NCBI GenBank assembly: GCA_040754075.1
Contig: JBFMDH010000001.1
Coordinates: 166,262 to 230,261, forward strand
Length of the DNA stretch: 64,000 bases
Origin: Acidobacteriota bacterium
GTDB taxonomy: Bacteria; Acidobacteriota; Blastocatellia; UBA7656
Reading direction: 5' to 3'
Positions 1-9,671 of this stretch are shown in pieces (positions within the stretch are counted from its first letter, which is position 1; the number at the start of each line of letters is the position of its first letter). A program made the translations under genes and the position numbers. Below the pieces are notes generated by a model. That model did not search any database. It saw nothing but the letters and a program-made list of their open reading frames with translations, and was not told the DNA's origin.

Positions 1-251
1 CGCGCATCGCCGGTTGTCGGGCGTGTAACGGGTGGAGGAGTTGGGGGGGGCAGAGGTTTCTCGGTATTCACAGGCGGTTCAGGGTCGCGTGAACGATTGG
101 GAGCAATGCGGGTTCGCGAATTGTTACGACCCGATTGCGCCAAAACCAACCCGCAAAACAGCGCGAGTGATAAAACAACACCTGTATAAGATTTTAATAG
201 CTTCTTCATTTTTACCTGCTCATTTGAGATTCAAGTTTTACAGCAATGGAA

Positions 252-1652
252 CTAGGATTCAAAAACTGTTGTGTCGAGTTCACTGAAAAAAACCTCGTGC
301 AATTTAGAAATGACCATTTCGACATCGCTTGCAGCCATCACGATGTTCATCATAATCGGCGATGAACCGTGCAATATCGCATTGACTGTGACGGCTTCCA
401 ATGCTTTAAAGACGCGACCGGCAAGCGTTGCATCTTCGTTAAGCTCGGTGCCAACCAGAGAAATAATCGCTTTGTCATGTTCAATGGTCGCGTTGGTGAA
501 TTTAGAAATTTCCGCGAGCAAGTCACGTTCGGTCGTTTCATCCATCGCCACGCTATCGACCGCAAAAGCCATATTCAATCCCGACACCGCTGTGATGAGC
601 GGCGCGACGCGGTGTTTAATCATTTCGTTGATGATGGTTTTTAGTGAATCTTCCGGCAAAAAGCTTTGTTCCTCTTCGCCGATGGTTTCAATGGTCGCGT
701 TAATCACCGTAATCGGGCGTTTATAGGCGATTGATTTAATCGCATTGGCGCAGCGTTGAACGCGCTCGGTGATTGCGGTGCCCGTCGCTTCAGGCGCTTT
801 GGAATTGTAAATATGCACCGGAATATTTTTTCGCGCCGCCGGGTGAATGGCTTTCGGATGCAAGACCTTGGCGCCGAAATAGGTGAGCGCCGCGGCTTCG
901 GTAAACGAACAGGTCTTGACGGTTTTTGCGCCTTTATAAATGCGCGGGTCGCAAGTCATCAGCCCCGAAACATCTTTCCAGATTTGAATATCATCGGCAT
1001 TCATTGCCGCGCCGATGATCGCTGCGGTGTAATCCGAGCCTTCAAATCCGAGGGTTGTGGTCGCGCCCTCGCGGGTTGAGCCGATGAAACCTTGGATCAC
1101 GGCTACCGTGTTGTCTTCCGCGAGCGGCACAATCACTTGCTGCAAATTGGCGTTAGTGATTTCAAAAATCGGTGATGCGCCGCCAAATCGTTCATCGGTT
1201 TTGATGAGTTCGCGGGCATCGAGAAGTCTGGTCTTTAACCCGCGTTCGGCAAAGGCATCGGCGACGATTGCCGACGACAGCAATTCACCATAGGCGAGAA
1301 TTTTATCCAGACCGCGCGGCGGCACTTCGCCTAAAATCGCTAACCCTTCAAGCAGTTTTTTCAACTCGGCGAAATATTTTTCGATTAAATCAAACGCGCT
1401 CCATTGAGTTTTAATCAACTGGCGCGCTTCGCTGGCGTGTCGCGCTTTCAAATCGGCAACGATGGCGAGAGTGGTTTTGGCATCACCCGCCGCCGAGGCT
1501 TTTGCCGCTTGCAGAAGTTTGCGCGTCGTCTTGCCCATTGCCGAAACCACGACCGTCGGGCGAAGCGCCACCCGCGCTTTAACAATCTCTGCGACTCGTT
1601 CGATGCAGGCGGCATCTTCCACAGAAGTGCCGCCAAATTTCATTACTATCAT
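252..1652 (-). CDS. lysC: aspartate kinase
   Basis: 466 aa ORF. N-terminus MIVMKFGGTSVEDAACIERV is the classic aspartokinase KFGGTS motif. C-terminal ACT-like region. Adjacent to asd. Confidence 0.93.
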   Translation of the reverse strand: MIVMKFGGTSVEDAACIERVAEIVKARVALRPTVVVSAMGKTTRKLLQAAKASAAGDAKTTLAIVADLKARHASEARQLIKTQWSAFDLIEKYFAELKKLLEGLAILGEVPPRGLDKILAYGELLSSAIVADAFAERGLKTRLLDARELIKTDERFGGASPIFEITNANLQQVIVPLAEDNTVAVIQGFIGSTREGATTTLGFEGSDYTAAIIGAAMNADDIQIWKDVSGLMTCDPRIYKGAKTVKTCSFTEAAALTYFGAKVLHPKAIHPAARKNIPVHIYNSKAPEATGTAITERVQRCANAIKSIAYKRPITVINATIETIGEEEQSFLPEDSLKTIINEMIKHRVAPLITAVSGLNMAFAVDSVAMDETTERDLLAEISKFTNATIEHDKAIISLVGTELNEDATLAGRVFKALEAVTVNAILHGSSPIMMNIVMAASDVEMVISKLHEVFFSELDTTVFES

Positions 1653-1657
1653 AGATT

Positions 1658-1691
1658 CAGTAGGCAGCCGGCAGTAGGCAGCAGGCAGTAG
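1658..1691. repeat. heptamer tandem array (AGTAGGC-type), left arm of the inverted pair flanking the four-helix-bundle gene
   Basis: cagtaggcagccggcagtaggcagcaggcagtag. Reverse complement of 2123-2152 matches about 26 of 30 positions by eye. Confidence 0.8.
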
Positions 1692-1728
1692 ACAATTTCA
1701 TTTTTGAGTTTATTGTTTCTTACCATTT

Positions 1729-2088
1729 CTACCTTTGAAGAGAATTAGAAAGCCCGTTAATTGAACGACCAATTTCTGATGTAAGCACGATTATGTTTTG
1801 TGAAGCCTGTGGCGGCAAATAACCGAGCCTTTCAGCTATCAGTATTTGCGTTTCGACTTCGCGCAGAGAACCATAAGCGATGGAGAGAAAGTGTGCAAAC
1901 TCTCCAGCAGACTTGCGTCCTTGCCCCTCCGCAATATTAGACGGAATAGATATGGCTGCTCTGCGAAGTTGGCTAGTTAATCCATAAATCTCTTCTTTGG
2001 GAAAATTCTTCGTCTCAGAATAAACTGCTTCAACTAAATCCATAGCTTTTTGCCAGACTATTAAATCTCTGTAATTCTGACTTGCCAT
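1729..2088 (-). CDS. four-helix-bundle protein (23S rRNA intervening-sequence protein family, TIGR02436-like)
   Basis: 119 aa. YRDLIVWQKAMDLVEAVY...LTSQLRRAAISIPSNIAEGQGR is the characteristic family signature. Confidence 0.85.
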   Translation of the reverse strand: MASQNYRDLIVWQKAMDLVEAVYSETKNFPKEEIYGLTSQLRRAAISIPSNIAEGQGRKSAGEFAHFLSIAYGSLREVETQILIAERLGYLPPQASQNIIVLTSEIGRSINGLSNSLQR

Positions 2089-2122
2089 ATTGATTGAAAG
2101 TTTTAATAAACCAAAAATAAAA

Positions 2123-2152
2123 CTGCCTACTGCTTACTGCCTACTGCCTACT
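2123..2152. repeat. heptamer tandem array (CTGCCTA-type), right arm; overlaps the asd stop codon
   Basis: ctgcctactgcttactgcctactgcctact. 7 nt period. Inverted relative to 1658-1691. Confidence 0.8.
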
Positions 2153-3203
2153 AATCCAGCATTCCCTGAGCTTTCATAATTTCCGCATTGAGGATTGCCG
2201 CGCCGGCCGCGCCGCGAACCGTATTATGCGACAAAACGACGAAACGAATATCGAACACCGGGCAAGTGCGAATGCGTCCGACAACGGCGCTCATGCCGTT
2301 GCCTGCGTCGCGGTCAAAGCGTGGTTGCGGGCGGTCGCGCTCGCTGGTGACGATAACCGGTTGGGCGGGCGCAAACGGCAATTTCAACTCCTGTGGCAAC
2401 GAACGGAAATTGGCAAGAACCTCTGCGACCTCGTCGGGGGTGGCTTTCTTTTCGAGTTCAACGGAAACGCATTCCATATGCCCGTCTTCAACGAAGACGC
2501 GATTGGTATGGGCGCTGATTTTGCAATCGGCAAAACGAATTTTATCGCCATCAAACGTGCCCATGATTTTCAACGGTTCGGTTTCGACTTTGTCTTCTTC
2601 GCCGCCGATAAACGGAATCACATTGCCGAGCATATCGATTGCCGAAAGTCCCGGATAGCCCGCGCCCGAAACCGCCTGCATCGTCGAAACGATCAAGCGG
2701 TTGACGCCGAACGCCTGATGTAGCGGCGCAATCGCCATCACCAAGCCGATGGTCGAGCAGTTCGGATTGGTGACGATTGCGCCGTTCCAGCCGCGCCGTT
2801 CTCGTTGGGTTTTAATTAAGCTGAGATGTTGGTGATTGACTTCGGGTACAAGCAAAGGCACGTCTTCATCCATGCGATGATTTTTTGAATTGCTCAAGAC
2901 GATGTAACCGGCGCGCGCGAACGCCTCTTCGACTTCGCCTGCAACCGAAGCGTCGAGTCCCGAAAAGACGACTTTGCAATTGAGGTTGGGTTCACAAGAT
3001 TTTACTTCTTTGTCTTTCAGCGCATCGGGGATGGGCGAATATTGTCGCCACAGGGTCGCGTCTTTGTAAGCTTTGCCCGCCGAACGGTCAGAGGCGGCGA
3101 GTTCCGCAGTTTCAAACCACGGATGATTTTCCAGTAATTTGACGAATTTCTGTCCGACCGCTCCGGTCGCGCCCAATATGCCTACAGGAATTTTGTTACT
3201 CAT
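2151..3203 (-). CDS. asd: aspartate-semialdehyde dehydrogenase
   Basis: 350 aa. N-terminal GILGATGAVGQ Rossmann motif, internal NPNCSTIGL active-site Cys region, SGAGYPG. Confidence 0.93.
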   Translation of the reverse strand: MSNKIPVGILGATGAVGQKFVKLLENHPWFETAELAASDRSAGKAYKDATLWRQYSPIPDALKDKEVKSCEPNLNCKVVFSGLDASVAGEVEEAFARAGYIVLSNSKNHRMDEDVPLLVPEVNHQHLSLIKTQRERRGWNGAIVTNPNCSTIGLVMAIAPLHQAFGVNRLIVSTMQAVSGAGYPGLSAIDMLGNVIPFIGGEEDKVETEPLKIMGTFDGDKIRFADCKISAHTNRVFVEDGHMECVSVELEKKATPDEVAEVLANFRSLPQELKLPFAPAQPVIVTSERDRPQPRFDRDAGNGMSAVVGRIRTCPVFDIRFVVLSHNTVRGAAGAAILNAEIMKAQGMLD

Positions 3204-3565
3204 AGATTCTCTCTTTATAAAGTGGTTGATGATTAAAGCTGCATTTAGATGCCGCCATCGAACCGGATGAAATGAAAATTAAGTGAATAAGCTTAGCGGT
3301 GATGTGTTGGCTCTGACAACTGACAATAGCGGTCAGAGCTATCGTTTGCAGGTTTTGGAAAAGCGTTTGGCAGACAGCGAGGAGGTTTTTGCTGTTTGAC
3401 TGAAATTTAATTTTCTTAATTCACCAGTTAAATTCATAACCTTTCCAAAACGCATTTCACTGAAGTCGCCGGATTATAGCCGATAATAAGCGGATTTTGA
3501 AAGCAAACTTCTGAATTTTTGCTTGTCACGCAATAAAAAATCGCAGCAGGTTTAATCGCCCGGCG

Positions 3566-4447
3566 TTATTGTTTGCGAATTTTGGCAAGGTGTTTCAAAA
3601 ACGTTTCAGCGTCTTTGGCTTTAAGCGCCAGCGCAAAAAGTTTTTCGAGCAAGGCGGCATCGTTGATAGTTGCGATTTTTGTTTCGATGTCGAGACCGGG
3701 AAATTTCTGCTCTACGAGCATCAGTAACGCTTTGGCAATGCCTTCGCGCTCGCCGATTTGTTCGCCTTCTTCAAGCACCATCTGATAGAAACTCGATTCT
3801 TTTAATTCTTGTAAGGGAATCATACCTTTCTCCAAAATCATTTCCAGCAAGCGGACTCGATTATAACGCAACCCGCCCGGCATAAGAAAGTGTACGCCTA
3901 AATCGCGTTGCTTCTGTTTGTCTTTCACAGCGCGGAGGAGTTTAGCGCCGACTCTTAAATCCTCCGCGTCGCCTTTCATCAGCGGAATGAACGGCAAAAT
4001 CCCTTCACGTTTGAGCGCCAGGAAATCTCTCGCTGAACACTCCCAGATTTTAGTCAGGCGAAATGATGATTCGATTTTAAGCGAACCGGCGCGAATAATG
4101 CCTGAATGTGGAACCGTTTTTGGTAAACCGCGTTTCGTTGGTAACAGAATATTGCTGTAAACCGGTAAGCGATATTTCATCCATAAACGCGCGTCATAAT
4201 CTGGCATTCGCTCAAGCAACTCGGCTTTCCATTCAATCTAGGCTTCAGGGTGTACAATGATCTCTTTACCTCCGCGTCGCACCAAATAAACCTGATCAGT
4301 GAGTAAAGTCGAAACACTCAATTCAAGCGGCAACGGTTCAATCTCTGCCCGTTCACCGGGTTTCAAGTAACCAAGAAGAATTAAAAGCGATTCGGCATCC
4401 TGTTCAGCAAAATATTTGAATGCCTGATCATAAGGTTTCGTGCTCAA
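3566..4447 (-). pseudogene. Rpn-family PD-(D/E)XK nuclease / putative transposase with DUF4351-like C-terminus, copy 1 (in-frame TAG, TTG start)
   Basis: ORFs 4238-4447 and 3566-4219 are in the same frame, separated by one TAG at 4238-4240 (...VHPEA*IEWKAELLERMPDYDARLW). The intact-looking paralogue at 13718-14302 reads VHPEAQTQWNDDVLTRMPEYDARLW at the same place. Confidence 0.7.
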
Positions 4448-5448
4448 GAGGATGCCAGCACAGTTTTTAATTTTTTGACCATCTCAACATAAATATCAAC
4501 CGCCTCAATCACATCTTTTTTGGCAATCTTTTCGCCTGCGGTGTGAGCATCGAGAATCGAACCGGGTCCATATAACAATGGCTTGCCCCAGTTGGTCAGC
4601 GCCGGAATGTCTGTGGTAAATGACACGACGGTTGTGTCATAGCCTTCGAGTTTTTCCATAAACACCGGCTCACATTGAAAACCGTATTCAATGGTGGCGC
4701 GGTGGTCGTTGATTCGTTCAATCAGTTTTCTCAATTCGCCGGTTTCCGTAACCACGCGAAACATGAGTTCAGCTTGCGCCGTTGGCGGAATCACGTTTGC
4801 CGCCACCCCGCCCGACATTAGTCCGATGTTCATGGTGGTTTCTCCGAGCGTTTCATTTTTCGGAAGTTCGGCACGGCGAAAATCGTTGAGAATATCCAAT
4901 AATTTTTCAATCGCCGATTCGCCCAGGTGCGGATAAGCCGAATGCGCCGCGCGACCCGAAGCCTTCAAAATGGCTCTCAGCGCCCCTTTCGAGCCGAGCG
5001 CCAGTTTCGATTCCGTCGGTTCGCCGTTAATCAGATAGTGGCAATGGTTCGGCAAATGGTTTGCCACTTTTGCGCCGATGCTGCCGTTTTCTTCGCCAAC
5101 CAGTAACAACATACCGAAATCGCTGACGCCTTCTGCAATCAGGCGCTCGCTGGCTTTAATCATCGAAGTCATCAAGCCTTTGGTATCGCAAGCGCCGCGC
5201 CCGTAAATGAACCGGTCATCTTCGCTGAGTTCAACATAAGGCGGCACGGTATCCGTGTGTGTCGAAAGCACCACGTCCGGTTCGCCGCGTTTGGCGTAAA
5301 GGTTCGGGCGATTGGTTTCGGCTTCCTGTAATTCGATGGAAAAGCCTATGCCTTCGAGATAGTTTGCCAGAAAATCAACCAACGTTTTTTCATTGCCGCT
5401 GATGGATTCGATGTTAATAAGTTGTCGGGTTAAATCGAGTGTGTCCAT
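4444..5448 (-). CDS. M20 family metallohydrolase (ArgE/DapE-like deacylase)
   Basis: Motifs HTDTVP, GRGACDTKG, VGEENGS. The likely true start is the internal ATG at 5448 (MDTLDLTRQLINIESISGNE). The longer track ORF adds 54 unconvincing residues. Confidence 0.8.
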   Translation of the reverse strand: MDTLDLTRQLINIESISGNEKTLVDFLANYLEGIGFSIELQEAETNRPNLYAKRGEPDVVLSTHTDTVPPYVELSEDDRFIYGRGACDTKGLMTSMIKASERLIAEGVSDFGMLLLVGEENGSIGAKVANHLPNHCHYLINGEPTESKLALGSKGALRAILKASGRAAHSAYPHLGESAIEKLLDILNDFRRAELPKNETLGETTMNIGLMSGGVAANVIPPTAQAELMFRVVTETGELRKLIERINDHRATIEYGFQCEPVFMEKLEGYDTTVVSFTTDIPALTNWGKPLLYGPGSILDAHTAGEKIAKKDVIEAVDIYVEMVKKLKTVLASS

Positions 5449-5678
5449 AAGTGAGGTTGTATGATTGCCTGCCCGGTGAACCGTGGTCAAGGATAAGCGC
5501 GATGATTTTCTGACAGCAGGTTTTGATTTAGAGAAGTGGATGAAATGGGCTAATGGAAAACGATTGGTATAGATTTCAATGTGGGCTTCCGCTGGGAAAT
5601 CAACCTTCACGATCAGCCCGGTCTTTTTCCATCAAACCGATTGATAATCAAACCGATTGTAAAGATTTTGCCGATAAA

Positions 5679-7232
5679 TCATTTTTCGTCACTTTGATTT
5701 TGTTCTTCTTCGGCTGAAATCAAACGTAGAACCGTCGTTTTATCGTCTTTATAAACCACTTTAAAAATCCGGCTGCGTTCGGTGATGTCGAGAAACTCTC
5801 GATGTTGATTATCGGTGAACACATATTCGGCTCCGAACCGTTCGCGAATCAAAATCGCCGCGTCGCTTCGACGACCAAGCGTGATGTCGGCGTAAAGATG
5901 CCATAACTCGCGGTCTTGGTCATAAAGATAAGTCGGGTCGAGTCCGGCAGTGTAGGCGTTATTCGGGCTGAAGTAAAAGAGCATCGGGAAATCATCCCAA
6001 TCAGTGTTAAAGACCAGCGTTCCGGGGGACGTGTTTTCCGCGAGCCATTTGCCTGCGCCTTCGTAAGCAAACGGGTCGGCTTCGCTGCTCACATCTTTGC
6101 AGGCTTGTGCGACGTTGATCATCATCGTCGCAAGCAAGGCAATAGCGAGAATGATTGAAACACTGATGGCGATAATCGAATCGCGGGTTCGCGTAAGCCA
6201 TGGGTGATTCAATTGCGGTTTGATGGTGAATGCGCCGAAGAGAATTGCAAACGGCGGAAAGTATTCGATGAACCGCCGCGATTTGAAAACCATGAGCATC
6301 AGCACAATGGCGATGAATAAAAAAAACAGCGGTTTCATATCTTCTGCGCGTTTGCGAAAGTCGAAGGCAATGAGCGCAGCGATGAAAATGATAAACGCGA
6401 GCGCGCTGCTGCCAATGAGCACCCACGAATCATAGGGATACCATTCGACGCCGACGTCGACCGTGTAATTTGCGGTCACTTTCATCAACAGGTGTTCGTA
6501 AAACAGTTTGAGATTGGTGGGGAAATAAGGGTTGATGATTAACCCGGCGATGATGCCGACGGTTGATGCCAGCACCGGACGAAAATCGAATTCACGCCTT
6601 GTTAAGTAAACGCAGGTTGAATAGCCAAGCGCCATCACCAGGGTGAGCGGGAATAGACTGTAAGCCCACACGAAAATGAAGGCGAGACACGCAAGCCACA
6701 AATTCTTGCGTTCCAAAATCAAGTGCGCGCCGATGCCCATCAAAATAATCGAGAGCGCGGGGGCGCGCGTCATGCTCAGGCGATAGAGAAAGGGTTCGGA
6801 ACTGGCGATGAGCGGCAACAGCCAGAGCCAGCGATAGGGGATGCGATACGCGACCAGCAAACCAAAAAGTGAAGTGAGCGCCAGGCTGGAAAAGGCTACA
6901 GCAGCCAGTTTCGCGCCAACGCGCAAATCTCCTAAGGTGAATGGCGAAAGCAACAGGTGATAAAGATAGTGATGGTCAACGTACTCATTTTCGTTGAGCG
7001 TCGTAAGCGGCAAGGCTTTGAATGATGGAAGGGCAGGGAAGGACTCTCTGAGCATCCGGCTCCAGCGAATGTGATAATAGCCGTCGTTATCGAGAATGGC
7101 TTTGCCGGAAAATTGAATCAACGCCATCACCGCCGAAATGACCAGAAAAGCGATGGCAATTTCTAACGCTGCAATTTTTCGCGAAGGCGCGAGCGTCTGA
7201 ACGGAAAGATTTTCTGTGAGCAATTCTTCCAA
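5679..7232 (-). CDS. polytopic membrane protein, possible GT-C-type (ArnT/PMT-like) glycosyltransferase
   Basis: 517 aa with many hydrophobic segments. First loop LDNDGYYHIRWSRML resembles the acidic-aromatic first-loop motif of GT-C enzymes. Assignment is tentative. Confidence 0.4.
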   Translation of the reverse strand: MEELLTENLSVQTLAPSRKIAALEIAIAFLVISAVMALIQFSGKAILDNDGYYHIRWSRMLRESFPALPSFKALPLTTLNENEYVDHHYLYHLLLSPFTLGDLRVGAKLAAVAFSSLALTSLFGLLVAYRIPYRWLWLLPLIASSEPFLYRLSMTRAPALSIILMGIGAHLILERKNLWLACLAFIFVWAYSLFPLTLVMALGYSTCVYLTRREFDFRPVLASTVGIIAGLIINPYFPTNLKLFYEHLLMKVTANYTVDVGVEWYPYDSWVLIGSSALAFIIFIAALIAFDFRKRAEDMKPLFFLFIAIVLMLMVFKSRRFIEYFPPFAILFGAFTIKPQLNHPWLTRTRDSIIAISVSIILAIALLATMMINVAQACKDVSSEADPFAYEGAGKWLAENTSPGTLVFNTDWDDFPMLFYFSPNNAYTAGLDPTYLYDQDRELWHLYADITLGRRSDAAILIRERFGAEYVFTDNQHREFLDITERSRIFKVVYKDDKTTVLRLISAEEEQNQSDEK

Positions 7233-7250
7233 AGCATTTTATTTGAACAA

Positions 7251-9587
7251 CTACTTCGCTTTTGCGACGGCTTGGGCGAGATGGGCTTTGACGGTTTCAA
7301 GTTGCGCAATGAATTGATTCGCCTGTTCGGTGCCGACGTCGCGGAGTTCTTTTTCAATGGCGTTGATGCGGTCGGTTAAAGTTTTGGCTTCGCGGGCGAC
7401 GGCGTTTTTGGAAAGGGATTTGTAAAATCCATCTTCGATACGACCGGCAAAAGTATCGACTTCGGCTCTGAGGTCGGCAACCAACGCGGCAAAAGTTGCG
7501 CGTTGCAAACGCATCAAGCGCTCTTCGCGTTCCTGCAAGGCTGCGGTTCGTTCGCCGAGTTCTTCGGTGCGGGCTTCGACCTGACGGGCGCGACGGTCTA
7601 ACTCTTTTTCCAAAGCTTCGGTGCGGGTCTCTGAACGCGATGCCTGTTCGGAGGCTTGCCCGGCTTGCTCTGCCGCGCGCGCCGCGCGGGTTTCCACATC
7701 GCCGAGTTTTGCGCCCAATTGTTTTTGCAATTCATCGGCTTTTTGATTGGTCGCTTCGACTGCGCCGAGTGCCTGACCTGCGCGAGCATCGGCAGATGAC
7801 GCGCGACCCTCAGCGGCAGCGGCGCGTGAATCCACCTGTGCGACTTGATTGGGCAACTGTGTCGTCGTCTGTTCGAGTTGCGACGACAGCCCCTTGAGCG
7901 CAGTGATTTCGCGGTTTTGCGTCATCAGGGTTTGATAGTGCTCTTTGAATCGTTTGTTGGTGGTGTATTCGTTTTCATCGAAGGCTTCATCAAGTTCGGC
8001 GATTTCATTAATGGCAGATGCTTCACTTTGCGGCAGGCGATTAACGGTTACGGCAGCGGTGCGACGATCAATAGTGGCTGCATTCTGAGGCGCGTCCGGA
8101 CGATTATCTGCCGAGCCGTTAAACAACAAATGGCTGCGCATCAAAGCCACCTGCGAAGGGGCGTTGAGTTTTCCGTTATGCCAAGCCAGCGCATAAACCA
8201 GCGCCCAGAATACGAAGACCACAATACCGGTTAGAATCACCAGCGCCATAAATGAGCGATGGGCTTTTTCCATCAAGGTGAACGGCTCATCGAAATAAGG
8301 CGTCGAGACAATTTCGCGGCGTTCGGGAAAATCGAAATAGCGTTCTTTCAATTTTTCAAAAACGCTTTTGTCCGGCGGTGCGGGCGTATACACCGGCTGC
8401 CCGTACTCTTGATTGGGATATTCCGAAGAAAATTCCGCAGGCGGAATGATTTCAACTTCCTGAACCGGTTTAGCGCGACGTGTGCGCCCGGTGGCGCTTT
8501 CAAAAACCGACAGCACGGGACCAATCAGGTAGTAGATTAAAAACAGCAGGGCATAAATTCCCAAATTGACCAATCCCCATTTGCGCATCGACCGATTCAC
8601 ATCGCCCAGGTAAGCGCGATAAATGTGTTCATCACGTTCACGCAAGAAAGGTTCGACTTGCCAGATGCCAAGCTCCGGTGTGGGCGTAGCAATAACGCGG
8701 GCTTCCTGTTCAATGCGGTCTTCGGAATAGATGCGATTGCGGTCAAGGTAATAAGTCAGCCAGTCGCGAAAGCCATCAGGGTCTTGCCCGCCGTTGACAT
8801 ATTCATCAACGACCTGCAAGCCGTTGCGCCAGGCGGCGTCGCTCGCGCTCAGTTTGGAAGTAATCCAGCGACCGGGACCGTTGCGCAGATAGGTTTCATA
8901 ATCGCCTTGAAATTTGGCATCGGAAAACAGCCAGTTGTTTTTGACAGCTTCACGATAAGCTTGCTCGGTTGTCCCTTGATTTTTAGCAAACAGGAAAAGC
9001 GATGATTTAACGGATACGGGATTTTTTTCTTTAACGTCGTATTTGAAAATAAAGATTGTCCAGCCAATTGAAAGCGCAAGAATGAAAATCGAGATCGGCA
9101 CGGTTTTGCGCCACGACCGAAAAAAACGACCGCTGAAAATGGCAGCAATGCTGAGCATCGGGGCGGCAAAGAAAAATAGAAAAACGAAAAGGTATAGAGA
9201 GACCGGCTCTTCGTGCGGCAAGGTTTTCGGCCACCAGCCGGGCGTTGGCGCGTACCTGGCAAAAAGCCAGGTTGCCAGCAAACAGATCAACAGAATGAGT
9301 TGTTGAAAGCCAACCAGCATCAAAAAGAGCGCCAGGCGTGCCCCCCACTTTGACGATGCCATGCGCCGCCAGAAGGTGCGCGTCAAGCGTTCATCAATTT
9401 CCTGTTTCAGTGCGGTGAGGTCTTCATCGGTGGCTTCGAGTTTGGTGTCGCCAAGTTCTTCTCTGAGGCGTGTCAGTTTATTGAGCGCCGCAAATTTTGC
9501 AAATGGTGAAAGGCTGCGCTCTTTATTGTCGAGCGCGACTAAATATTCGCGAATAATATCCGTATCCCTTGTGATAATGGTTTCCAT
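7251..9587 (-). CDS. large membrane protein with long C-terminal coiled-coil, function unknown
   Basis: 778 aa. Several TM segments in the first ~470 aa. The C-terminal ~250 aa is A/E/R/Q-rich with heptad-like repeats (ETRAARAAEQAGQASEQASRSETRTEALEKELDRRARQVEARTEELGERTAALQEREERL). Confidence 0.55.
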   Translation of the reverse strand: METIITRDTDIIREYLVALDNKERSLSPFAKFAALNKLTRLREELGDTKLEATDEDLTALKQEIDERLTRTFWRRMASSKWGARLALFLMLVGFQQLILLICLLATWLFARYAPTPGWWPKTLPHEEPVSLYLFVFLFFFAAPMLSIAAIFSGRFFRSWRKTVPISIFILALSIGWTIFIFKYDVKEKNPVSVKSSLFLFAKNQGTTEQAYREAVKNNWLFSDAKFQGDYETYLRNGPGRWITSKLSASDAAWRNGLQVVDEYVNGGQDPDGFRDWLTYYLDRNRIYSEDRIEQEARVIATPTPELGIWQVEPFLRERDEHIYRAYLGDVNRSMRKWGLVNLGIYALLFLIYYLIGPVLSVFESATGRTRRAKPVQEVEIIPPAEFSSEYPNQEYGQPVYTPAPPDKSVFEKLKERYFDFPERREIVSTPYFDEPFTLMEKAHRSFMALVILTGIVVFVFWALVYALAWHNGKLNAPSQVALMRSHLLFNGSADNRPDAPQNAATIDRRTAAVTVNRLPQSEASAINEIAELDEAFDENEYTTNKRFKEHYQTLMTQNREITALKGLSSQLEQTTTQLPNQVAQVDSRAAAAEGRASSADARAGQALGAVEATNQKADELQKQLGAKLGDVETRAARAAEQAGQASEQASRSETRTEALEKELDRRARQVEARTEELGERTAALQEREERLMRLQRATFAALVADLRAEVDTFAGRIEDGFYKSLSKNAVAREAKTLTDRINAIEKELRDVGTEQANQFIAQLETVKAHLAQAVAKAK

Positions 9588-9613
9588 ATGGTGATTAATA
9601 GTTCTTAGTTTAT

Positions 9614-9670
9614 AGCCCGTAGTCCGTAAGATGAAAAACGCTACGGGCTACGAACTACTGACTATGGACG
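9614..9670. repeat. short-period repeat hairpin directly downstream of the stop of the 9672-10478 gene
   Basis: agcccgtagtccgtaag ... gctacgggctacgaactactgactatggacg. agcccgtag pairs with ctacgggct. The right arm shows 7 nt periodicity (ctacggg ctacgaa ctactga ctatgga). The 15-mer agcccgtagtccgta recurs at 39651. Confidence 0.7.
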
Positions 9671-9671
9671 T

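Noticed and set aside
32-286. 84 aa plus-strand ORF at the window start
   Set aside because: GTG start, no recognisable motif. It overlaps the 3' end of lysC on the opposite strand. Its composition looks like non-coding or shadow sequence.
3204-3565. Possible lysine riboswitch or other leader upstream of asd
   Set aside because: The 360 bp leader is long and contains an 8 bp hairpin (3310-3339). I could not find L-box core motifs on the minus strand, and a TATAAT-like box at 3473-3480 has no well-spaced -35. A covariance-model scan (Rfam Lysine, RF00168) would be decisive.
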